This document shows positions 1 to 8,540 of a stretch of 64,000 nt of DNA, one piece after another. Numbering within the stretch: the first letter of the stretch is position 1; each line of letters begins with the position of its first letter. The stretch is from an uncultured Candidatus Poseidoniales archaeon (GTDB lineage: Archaea > Thermoplasmatota > Poseidoniia > Poseidoniales > Thalassarchaeaceae). A model generated the notes under the pieces. The model was not told where the DNA came from, did not search any database, and saw nothing but the letters and a program-made list of their open reading frames with translations. The stretch covers positions 84,347 through 148,346 of the forward strand of contig CACOAW010000002.1 in assembly GCA_902625325.1 (NCBI GenBank), in the 5' to 3' direction. The position numbers and the translations under genes were made by a program.

Positions 1-1
1 C

Positions 2-2752
2 GCCAACGAGAACCTCGGCATGGCGACAATCAGTGCCTTCGAGGACTTCCCATCGGTCATCACCGCTCTGAACAACGGAGACGTCATGTACGCAATGGGC
101 GACGCACCCGTTCTGTCCCTAGAAGGAACCCTGATGGTGACCTTCTCAGACGAGAACTTCGGGTTCGCAGTCCGCGAGACCTCTGGGGAACTCCTAGACG
201 CCCTCAACATGGCTATCGGCGCTGTAGTCGACTCAGGCGAGTACGACATAATCTACGGGGCCTCCTTCGACGGAGCAGTCACATTAGCAGACGATAGAAC
301 CTCTGACACGGCAACCGCTTACCCGGCGCCTAGCGAGGGGTCCACTCTGACTGGAGTTCTAGAGTCCGGGCAGCTGAAGGTCTGCACAGACCCGTTCTAT
401 CCTCCATTCGAGAGCTACGACGCTGACAACAACGTCGTCGGATTCGATGCAGATATGGCACACGCCGTAGTCGACGAGATTGCAGCTCACTACATGGGAA
501 CCGCGAACCCAGTGTTCGTAGCCCCAGCGGCTCCAGCGACAACCATCAAGATTGGAGCAATGTATGACTCTACAGGGGGGATCGCGAACTTCGCACCCGG
601 TTTCGATTACGCTACAGGAGCAGCAATAAACGCGCTGAACGCCATGGGAGACGACTACGTCTTCGAATTGGTTTACGGCGACACTGGATGCGACGGGACG
701 ACTGCAGGGACCTCTGCACAGAGCCTTGTTGATTCGGGAGTAGTTGCGGTTGCCGGAGCAGCATGCTCAGGCGCCTCAATCGGAGCCAACGCGGTTCTCT
801 CCGCGGCAGGAATCCCGATGATCTCCTTCGCGAGCACCTCACCAGCCCTGAGCGATGCAACCGCCTACCCACACTTCTACAGAGTGGTCCCAAGCGATGC
901 GATCCAGGGCGAGGCAATGTCTGACATGGTCGGAGCAGCTGGAGTGACCAGCCCAGCCCTACTGCACATGGTGAACGCCTATGGCGCCGGTCTCGCTGAT
1001 TCGTTCAAGGCTAACTGGGAGGCAGCTGGCAATACCATTTGCACCCAGGCCGGCTACGATGAGACCACCCTGACCGATGCGTCTAGCATCGTACAGGGAG
1101 TCATCGATGCTGGAACATGCGATTCAGTCGTGCTGATTGCGTACAATACCGATGCAGCACTAATCCTCGAGACAATGGCCGGTCTGGGAGCAACCCTCCC
1201 GGTCTTCGGCTCTGATGGATTCGCTGGAGAGGCAGCCCTGGAATCGTTCAATGCGCCTGAGGTAACCAACGGCGTTCAGAACACCAAGCCAAGGGCAGCT
1301 TCCGGAAGCGGCGACTTCGCTGCTACCTGCGCCGCTGACACAGTTTGCTCTGCTGGAATCTTCACTTCCGAGGCATACGACGCAGTAATGATGATCGGAC
1401 ACGCGGCAATGATGGAGGACGGAGCTAACATGGCAACCCACATCAACATGGTCGGTAGCGGTGACGGATATTCTGGAGCAAGCGGCAACCACGTGTTCCT
1501 GGCCAACGGAGACGTTGGCGGTTCTGGATACGATGTCTGCACATTCCACCACGTGCCAACGTTCGGCCAGTACTTCAACTGCGACAGGATGTGGACTGCG
1601 ACCGGCGGACTAGCCGACGTAGTCTTCGCAGGCACCACCGTGAAGCTTGGTTTCTTGGGTGACGCAACGAGCACCGCGATCGGCGACTTCTGGGTCCCAT
1701 TCCAGGCAGCAGCTGGAATCGGTCTTTCCCTGGCGAACACAATTGCATACAGCAATGGCGTACAGTTCGAGATAGTTTACGGGGACACGGCTTGTGACGG
1801 AACTACCGCGGCCACCGCGGCCCAATCTCTAGTCGATGCAGGAGTATGGGGAGTAGCCGGAGCAGCATGCTCAGGTGCTTCAATCGGAGCCAACGCTGTG
1901 CTATCCGCAGCAGGAATCCCAATGATTTCCTACGCCAGCACATCACCTGCACTGAGTGACGCCACCTCATACCCCGACTTCTTCAGGGTCGTCCCAAGCG
2001 ACGCTGGTCAGGGTATGGCATTGTCAGACCTGTTGACCGCAAACGGGGAGTCGACCGATGGCGTGGCGCTAATCCACATGGTTAACGCATACGGTGCAGG
2101 TCTAGCCGACTCGTTCAAGTCTAACTGGGAGGCGGCAGGGAACACCCTTTGCACTCAGGTCGGCTATGACGAGACTACCACAACGGACTACTCATCGGTA
2201 GTACAGGCAGTCACGGACAACGCGTGCACATCTGTAGTAGCGGTGTCCTACAACTCCGACGGAGGAATGATCATCGGGGAGCTGGCAGGAGCTGGGTTCA
2301 CTGGGCAAATCTACGGTACCGACGGTATCGCAGAGACTGCCATAGGGAACTACACCAGCGCAGACAACCTGAACGGCGTCATAGCGACCAAGCCCGCAGC
2401 AGCGGCAGCAAGCGAGGTCTCCCAGACCTTCGATTACCTGTGCGCTACCACGCCACCATGTGGCCAGGGTATCTTTACCGCAGAAGCGTTTGACGCTCTG
2501 ACCATGCTGGCGTTCTCCGCCTTCACCTACCTGTCCACACCAGGCATCACGCCCTCTCAGGCGATTGCAGGCACGGCAGGAGCAGGATGGAACGGTGCTT
2601 CTGGCACTATCACTTTCCTCGCAAATGGTGACACACCGGGATCCGGTTACTGCATCGGGTCTTACACGGGGTCAGTCGCAGCCGACGGCACAGAGTCTCT
2701 GTCGTTCGACTGCAACCAGCACTGGGGCGCCAACGGAATAACTGATCTCTGA
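2..2752 (+). CDS. Multi-domain extracellular solute-binding protein (5' end cut by window): family-3 (polar amino acid) SBP fragments followed by two tandem LivK/LIVBP-type (type I) binding domains
   Basis: The frame is open from nt 2. 'KVCTDPFYPPFESYDADNNVVGFDADMAHAV' looks like a family-3 SBP N-lobe. Two ~365-aa copies each carry the LIV-binding-protein core 'VYGDT.CDGTTA..AQSLVD.GV..VAGAACSGASIGANAVLSAAGIPMIS.ASTSPALSDAT.YP.F.RVVPSD'. The gene lies directly upstream of livH/M/G/F-type genes. Confidence 0.8.
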   Translation, partial: ANENLGMATISAFEDFPSVITALNNGDVMYAMGDAPVLSLEGTLMVTFSDENFGFAVRETSGELLDALNMAIGAVVDSGEYDIIYGASFDGAVTLADDRTSDTATAYPAPSEGSTLTGVLESGQLKVCTDPFYPPFESYDADNNVVGFDADMAHAVVDEIAAHYMGTANPVFVAPAAPATTIKIGAMYDSTGGIANFAPGFDYATGAAINALNAMGDDYVFELVYGDTGCDGTTAGTSAQSLVDSGVVAVAGAACSGASIGANAVLSAAGIPMISFASTSPALSDATAYPHFYRVVPSDAIQGEAMSDMVGAAGVTSPALLHMVNAYGAGLADSFKANWEAAGNTICTQAGYDETTLTDASSIVQGVIDAGTCDSVVLIAYNTDAALILETMAGLGATLPVFGSDGFAGEAALESFNAPEVTNGVQNTKPRAASGSGDFAATCAADTVCSAGIFTSEAYDAVMMIGHAAMMEDGANMATHINMVGSGDGYSGASGNHVFLANGDVGGSGYDVCTFHHVPTFGQYFNCDRMWTATGGLADVVFAGTTVKLGFLGDATSTAIGDFWVPFQAAAGIGLSLANTIAYSNGVQFEIVYGDTACDGTTAATAAQSLVDAGVWGVAGAACSGASIGANAVLSAAGIPMISYASTSPALSDATSYPDFFRVVPSDAGQGMALSDLLTANGESTDGVALIHMVNAYGAGLADSFKSNWEAAGNTLCTQVGYDETTTTDYSSVVQAVTDNACTSVVAVSYNSDGGMIIGELAGAGFTGQIYGTDGIAETAIGNYTSADNLNGVIATKPAAAAASEVSQTFDYLCATTPPCGQGIFTAEAFDALTMLAFSAFTYLSTPGITPSQAIAGTAGAGWNGASGTITFLANGDTPGSGYCIGSYTGSVAADGTESLSFDCNQHWGANGITDL

Positions 2753-2778
2753 TCAGATAGGCATTTTGTACACGTAAA

Positions 2779-2812
2779 GGCACCTTGGCGGTCTTCGGCC
2801 CGCCAAGGTGCC
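2779..2812 (+). terminator. Perfect 13-bp stem / 8-nt loop hairpin between the binding-protein gene and the permease gene (candidate intercistronic attenuator or mRNA stabiliser)
   Basis: GGCACCTTGGCGG (2779-2791) and CCGCCAAGGTGCC (2800-2812) are exact reverse complements. The hairpin starts 27 nt after the SBP stop codon. This placement is typical of ABC operons where the SBP is expressed in excess. Confidence 0.5.
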
Positions 2813-2877
2813 CCCAACAACAATGATTACTCCGACACCCCCACACATGGGAGGAAGTCAGGCCGGGGGGAAGGAAG

Positions 2878-5800
2878 ATGGAGTTAATTTCCAGTTTGAC
2901 CAATATCAAGGAAGATCATTGGGATAAACTGAACAGAGGAAGGAAGAGACTCATAATAGCGACTCTGATCATAGCGGACGCTTTCTATGGCCTCCTTAAC
3001 CAAATAAGCTCCTTGAACCTTCTCGACTACCTACTAGGCGGCAACCTCCCAAATGACATGGTATGGCTCTTACAAGTCTTCCAAGCCATCTCCTGCGGCT
3101 TCTTCTTCGTCAAGATACTCTACGATGACGCGAAGCCCAGTCTTCTACGTAGCATCGGTGTGGCCGCATCGCCCCTCTTCCTCCTTTTGATTGTGCTAAT
3201 CACTCTGGAATTCCTATTCAGTGGCCTAGAATCCACAGCAATGATCACTTTCGACTCCGTTTCCATAGGTAGGGACACGCTCACCCATTCGTCGACATAC
3301 CTCTCCATAGCGATCGGACTCACTCTAACCTACAAGGTACAGAGATATGGGAACTTTGCACAGTCAGAATTCTTCATGGTGGGGATGTTCGCTGTTTTCG
3401 TCCTCTCTTGGACCGATGCGTACTCTCCTCTGTTCGATGCACCGAAAGATGGAGTGCTGGTGTGGTCGCTGTTGTTCAGGGTTGTAGTCGCGGCATTCAT
3501 CATAACGGGAGTTTTTGGGATCATGATTGACCTGTTAGTATACCGGGGATTCAGACTCAGAAACGCGACACCTCAAGTCATGATGATAGCCTCCCTGGGT
3601 GTCGCCCTCGCACTGAGAGCGATCTTCTATCTCAGGTTCTCCTCCAAGAAGAGGCAATTCTACCCAGACCTCGACATCAGTACCCAAAGCATCCAGAAGT
3701 GGTCTCTGCCCACTAACAAACTGAGATTAATACTGGGCGACAGGTCTCTGAATGATAGTGAAGACGCCAATGGAAACGGAGTCTTTGATGTCGAAACGTA
3801 CACCCAACAGCATGTCGATCAGGGATTGCTCCCGCTAGGATCACAGATTGGGGACATAATTCCCGGAACTGGTGAGGACCTCGACGGGGATGGGAGGTTC
3901 GACAGGAACCCCGGCAAATACACGCACAACAACTGCGAGCAATCCACCGATCCAGATACAGGGGAACTTCTGTTCGACGAGGCAACCGGCGAACCCGTAC
4001 TAGAGAGGATTGTATCAGAGGGATGGAGCTACGAAAACCCAAGTTCAGGAGGTTCCAAGCCAGCCTTGGAGTTTTATGATGTTGATAACCTCGCGAGGGA
4101 CCCTATCACCAACGAACTCATGCCATGCGTAGTCGAAGCAACAAACCACTACGTCTTCTTCAAGGGGGCAGTAGCCGGGACAATATTCGCATCTGCAATA
4201 CTCCTCTACCTATTGCTGACTAAGACTCGACTTGGAATGCGAATGAGGGCGGTGGCTGACAACCCTGACCTTGCAGCGAGCAGCGGTATCAACGTCGAGA
4301 GGGTGCAGATGACTAGTGCATTTCTGTCTGCGGGAATATCCGGAATAGGCGGAGCAGTATTCGCCATGACCGTCCTTTTCAATCCGGGAACTGCATTCAA
4401 TCTTCTTCTGCCGGCATTCGCTGTGATTGTCCTAGGGACCATCGGCTCGATTCCGGGTGCCATATTCGCGTCGATAATCGTCGGACTAGTGAGAGCAGTC
4501 TCCACACCAGTACTCCAAGGAGTTGGATTCCCTCTAGACAGATCGAATTACGCCTCCCTACAAGACATAATGCCCTATGCCTTCCTTATTGCAATCCTTC
4601 TGGTGATGCCCCAGGGTATAGGGCATGCATGGGAAGAATGGAAGATAGAGAGGATGAGGAAGAAAGCCGATCCGGACCTCGACGAGACCAGGAACGCAAG
4701 AGCAGCGCTGGCTTTCCTTCCAACGGGAATCCTAGGACTGCATCACTGGCGTGGAGGGAGGGCGGATAAGGCCCAGACTTTCTCTTTGATTGCATTTACA
4801 GCATTCTTGTTCCATCGATTCTCATCGTTCATTAGCAAGGAATCTCTGGCCGACGGTAGCTGCGGTGTGGTCTGTTCTCAGCCAATAAATGAAATGGAGG
4901 CGGAACTGGCACATCTCCAACTAATCACCAAACCATCCGCAGAGCAAGCACTTCGAATCGACGAGCTTGACGCGGAAATCGCGAATTACTCGATGACAAA
5001 TCTAGAGGTCCTTACAGGGAGGGGAGATGGGACTCTATTGCTGGAGGACTCCCCCTACTTCTCAGAATCACCATCCCATCTGGACGAGTCATGGCTAAAT
5101 CTGATGCAGACTGAGATTCAGACAATGAACATAATCTCTGATACTGGAGATATAATTTGGCCGCTCATACCACTATTGCTGTGGGTATTCGCGATATTCG
5201 AGGGCATCAGAATCCTAAAGCGAGATGACTCAATAATCCTCGACTTCAACAACGATGGTTTCGTCGACGGAGAGGATATTAAATACGCCCTCGATGCAAA
5301 TAAGGATGGCGTCGTGAACATTGACGATTTCCGCTACACGCTATTACCAGATGGAGGTAAAATTAAGCACACTATCGAAGCATTAATTTTCAAAATCAAA
5401 GCCTTATTTTCTGGGATATCAGCCGCTATTTACGGTGTGAAATCTAAAATCAAGCCTATTGACGACTGGCATTCAGATGCAATTGCATCAACTAATGCAT
5501 GGATAAACCACCAGGCAACATCTGGCATTACCTGGGTCAAGGGGGGGGCATCAAACGCATCATCCAAATTGGGTTTAGGGTACTCCCCGGACGGGTATGG
5601 GAGGAAAGGTAGAGTTGGGTCTAACTTAGCCTTCCTGCTCCTTATGGTGGTGCTTCTAGCATTCCTTTGGTGGCTCCCGATCACGGGGTCCGAGACATGG
5701 AGGGCGGACAAACTGTTCCAAGTGTCTAACGTGGTTTCCACGTTATGCATATTCATCTTGATGTGCTTCTCTTTGAACCTTCATACCGGTTACACCGGGA

Positions 5801-7020
5801 TGGTGAATTTCGGGGTAATATTCTTTGTAGCAATCGGGGCAATCTTAGTCGGTATCCTTACCGCGCCAAAGGAGATGAACGGATATGGCTGGGGGACGAT
5901 TCCAGCCATAATTGCAGCCTTGGCGGTCGCTGCAGCAATTGGATGGGGACTGGCATACCCCACTGCCCGACTGAGAACAGATTACTTCGCAATCGTCACC
6001 ATTTCATTGGGTGAGATGCTCAAGTATATGATGCAAGCAGAACCCCTCCTTAGAACCGGCATAATCGTATCCGCACAGGGGATATTCAGCTATCCGAAGC
6101 CACTGTACGAGTGGTGGTTCTGTGGAAACACCAAATACGGTCCGGAAGAGGAGATTACATCTGCCGCTGGTTTGACCAACTCCTGCCAGAGTGAAATGGT
6201 CGACTCTCCGGCAATGACCATCAGCGAGCTTCTTAATCTTGGAGAGCCCGCCTCTTACTTCACCTTCCTAGCTATAATTGGTCTAATCTCGGTAATTATG
6301 ACTTGGCTACTCCTAGAGACTATTATGGCTTCTCCATGGGGCAGGATTCTAAAGGCCATCAGAGAGGATGAGGAAGTAGCACAGCACCACGGTCACAACG
6401 TCCTTACTCACAAGGCGACAAGCCTTGCGCTAGGTGCATCAATCGCGGCGCTCGCCGGTGCGCTCTGGATCTGGAAACTATCTGGCATAGAGGCCCCTTT
6501 CATGAATCCAGCAAAGTCAACCTTCCTGGTATGGGCGGCATTTGTTATTGGCGGGACTGCCAATAACAGAGGAATGGTAATCGGAGCCTTCATCATCGTG
6601 CTGATGGAGTTCGTCTTCAACGTCTTGGTTGCAGCAAGCACACCTGATCTCCCACTATACACCACGGCAGAAAAGATTGACAGGCTCTTCGCATGGTTAA
6701 TTACGGAGCAATGGGAGGCAACAAGGGTTTTCCTGTTGATACTCCTATTTGGCTTAGCAATCAGATCGAGGGCGGTTATGGAGATTGGAATCTGCGGGGC
6801 AGCTCTTTTCGCGTTCACTGCTCTAGTGATGGGGGAGAGATCGATAATCGAGGCCACCGATATTACTGGAGAGGTCTCCATCTCGGGTGCCGGAATGGCA
6901 TACGTCAAGCTCCTCTTAGTCGGTCTCCTAATGCTATTCTCCCTGAAGTACAACCCACGAGGACTTCTTCCAGAGGTCCCGAGTAGACCAGAAAGAAAGA
7001 CAAGGGGCGAAACGGAATGA
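2878..7020 (+). CDS. Fused LivH-LivM branched-chain-amino-acid-type ABC permease (1380 aa) with large non-canonical insertions
   Basis: The LivH-like half contains 'RLGMRMRAVADNPDLAASSGINVERVQMTSAFLSAGISGIGGAVFA'. The LivM-like half contains 'WGRILKAIREDEEVAQHHGHNVLTHKATSLALGASIAALAGALW'. There are many hydrophobic segments. The ATGA overlap with the following livG-type gene suggests translational coupling. Confidence 0.85.
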   Translation: MELISSLTNIKEDHWDKLNRGRKRLIIATLIIADAFYGLLNQISSLNLLDYLLGGNLPNDMVWLLQVFQAISCGFFFVKILYDDAKPSLLRSIGVAASPLFLLLIVLITLEFLFSGLESTAMITFDSVSIGRDTLTHSSTYLSIAIGLTLTYKVQRYGNFAQSEFFMVGMFAVFVLSWTDAYSPLFDAPKDGVLVWSLLFRVVVAAFIITGVFGIMIDLLVYRGFRLRNATPQVMMIASLGVALALRAIFYLRFSSKKRQFYPDLDISTQSIQKWSLPTNKLRLILGDRSLNDSEDANGNGVFDVETYTQQHVDQGLLPLGSQIGDIIPGTGEDLDGDGRFDRNPGKYTHNNCEQSTDPDTGELLFDEATGEPVLERIVSEGWSYENPSSGGSKPALEFYDVDNLARDPITNELMPCVVEATNHYVFFKGAVAGTIFASAILLYLLLTKTRLGMRMRAVADNPDLAASSGINVERVQMTSAFLSAGISGIGGAVFAMTVLFNPGTAFNLLLPAFAVIVLGTIGSIPGAIFASIIVGLVRAVSTPVLQGVGFPLDRSNYASLQDIMPYAFLIAILLVMPQGIGHAWEEWKIERMRKKADPDLDETRNARAALAFLPTGILGLHHWRGGRADKAQTFSLIAFTAFLFHRFSSFISKESLADGSCGVVCSQPINEMEAELAHLQLITKPSAEQALRIDELDAEIANYSMTNLEVLTGRGDGTLLLEDSPYFSESPSHLDESWLNLMQTEIQTMNIISDTGDIIWPLIPLLLWVFAIFEGIRILKRDDSIILDFNNDGFVDGEDIKYALDANKDGVVNIDDFRYTLLPDGGKIKHTIEALIFKIKALFSGISAAIYGVKSKIKPIDDWHSDAIASTNAWINHQATSGITWVKGGASNASSKLGLGYSPDGYGRKGRVGSNLAFLLLMVVLLAFLWWLPITGSETWRADKLFQVSNVVSTLCIFILMCFSLNLHTGYTGMVNFGVIFFVAIGAILVGILTAPKEMNGYGWGTIPAIIAALAVAAAIGWGLAYPTARLRTDYFAIVTISLGEMLKYMMQAEPLLRTGIIVSAQGIFSYPKPLYEWWFCGNTKYGPEEEITSAAGLTNSCQSEMVDSPAMTISELLNLGEPASYFTFLAIIGLISVIMTWLLLETIMASPWGRILKAIREDEEVAQHHGHNVLTHKATSLALGASIAALAGALWIWKLSGIEAPFMNPAKSTFLVWAAFVIGGTANNRGMVIGAFIIVLMEFVFNVLVAASTPDLPLYTTAEKIDRLFAWLITEQWEATRVFLLILLFGLAIRSRAVMEIGICGAALFAFTALVMGERSIIEATDITGEVSISGAGMAYVKLLLVGLLMLFSLKYNPRGLLPEVPSRPERKTRGETE

Positions 7021-7814
7021 AACCGGCATTGAATGTCATGGGACTTCGAAAGATGTTCGGTGGGCTAGTAGCAGTAGACGATGTTTCGTTCAAAGTTGAA
7101 GAAGGTGAGTTCGTTGGCCTGATAGGTCCGAATGGATGTGGTAAGTCTACAACATTCAACTGCATCAGTGGCCTTCTAGAGAAAACCGCAGGAACCGTCG
7201 AGGTTTTCGGGGAAGACGTCACAGAAATGAGGCCTGATCAGATTCAGAAAGCCGGACTGACCCGGACATTCCAACACACCCGCCTATGGCGTGAGATGAC
7301 CGTAATCGAGAACGACTTAGTCCCGCCAAGGAATCAGTTCGGCACGACAATTCTCGAGCGTGCGAGGTCTCTGTTCCTTCCATGGCGGAACCCGAAGGAG
7401 GAGGCTCGCATCGAGAGGGCATATTCTACCCTTGACCAACTCGAGGTCCCCCACATGGCACACAACCTGACAAGCGAGCTTTCCGGCGGACAGAGCAAAT
7501 TGGTCGATATTGGCAGGTCAATGATGGGTGAGCCGAAACTGCTGCTTCTGGACGAGCCTGTAGCAGGAGTTGCCGGACCCCTTGCAATGAAGATTTTTAA
7601 CAATCTCAGGAATATGGTAGATGAAACAGGGATTTCAGTCTTGATAATCGAGCACAACATGGACTTCATCCTCAGACAGGGTGTTGACCGAATCATAGTG
7701 ATGAACGAAGGGGAGGTTCTCATGCAGGGCACTCCAGACGAAGTGAAGGGGAACAGAGAGGTTATCGAGGCATATCTGGGGGCCACAGGGGAAACAATTC
7801 AGGAGGAAGAATGA
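7017..7814 (+). CDS. livG: ABC transporter ATP-binding protein, LivG type
   Basis: Walker A 'GPNGCGKST', signature 'LSGGQSKL', Walker B 'LLLLDEP', and the LivG-like C-terminus 'EVIEAYLG'. Start and stop overlap the neighbouring genes (ATGA). Confidence 0.85.
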   Translation: MKPALNVMGLRKMFGGLVAVDDVSFKVEEGEFVGLIGPNGCGKSTTFNCISGLLEKTAGTVEVFGEDVTEMRPDQIQKAGLTRTFQHTRLWREMTVIENDLVPPRNQFGTTILERARSLFLPWRNPKEEARIERAYSTLDQLEVPHMAHNLTSELSGGQSKLVDIGRSMMGEPKLLLLDEPVAGVAGPLAMKIFNNLRNMVDETGISVLIIEHNMDFILRQGVDRIIVMNEGEVLMQGTPDEVKGNREVIEAYLGATGETIQEEE

Positions 7815-8533
7815 CCAGAGTTCTAGATGTTTCAAACTTGGAAGGAGGCTATGGCTCTGTACAGATATTGTACGGGATCGACATGCATGTCGACGAGGGT
7901 GAGTTCGTGACGATAATCGGACCGAACGGATGTGGCAAGTCAACTCTAATCAAAACGATTTTTGGGATTGCTACATACTATGGGGGGGAGGTAGAATACA
8001 GGGGCCGTGATGTTTCTGGATGGCGAACAGATCAACTAGTCAATCATGGAATAGCATATGTGCCACAGGTGGACAACGTTTTCCCATCCCTCTCGGTCCT
8101 CGAGAATCTTCAGATGGGGGGGAACTCTTTGTCCAGAGGCATGCTCGGAGAGAGGGTCGATAGGTCACTGGAGATGTTCCCTGACCTTAGGAATAGGGAG
8201 TACGATCTAGCTGCCTCACTGTCGGGCGGAGAAAGGCAGATGCTGGCAATATCTAGGGCGCTAATTTCGGATCCCAAGTTTCTGCTGCTCGACGAGCCCA
8301 CGGCGGCTTTATCTCCTTTGTACCAGCAGCAGATAATACAGAGTATTGATTCCCTTAGGGACAGAGGAATCACGATACTGATAGTCGAGCAGAATGCCAG
8401 GCTTTCCCTTGCTAGGTCCGATAGGGGGTACATCATCTCCAACGGCAAGGTGGTTCACACTGGAGATGCCCAGCAAATCCTGACCGATCCGGAGATAGGG
8501 GAGTACTTCCTGGGATCCACCGAGGACCATTAG
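7811..8533 (+). CDS. livF: ABC transporter ATP-binding protein, LivF type
   Basis: 'GPNGCGKSTL', 'LSGGERQMLAISRAL', 'LLLDEPTAALSP', 'ILIVEQNA', and the LivF-like tail 'DPEIGEYFLG'. Confidence 0.85.
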   Translation: MTRVLDVSNLEGGYGSVQILYGIDMHVDEGEFVTIIGPNGCGKSTLIKTIFGIATYYGGEVEYRGRDVSGWRTDQLVNHGIAYVPQVDNVFPSLSVLENLQMGGNSLSRGMLGERVDRSLEMFPDLRNREYDLAASLSGGERQMLAISRALISDPKFLLLDEPTAALSPLYQQQIIQSIDSLRDRGITILIVEQNARLSLARSDRGYIISNGKVVHTGDAQQILTDPEIGEYFLGSTEDH

Positions 8534-8540
8534 TTACTCA

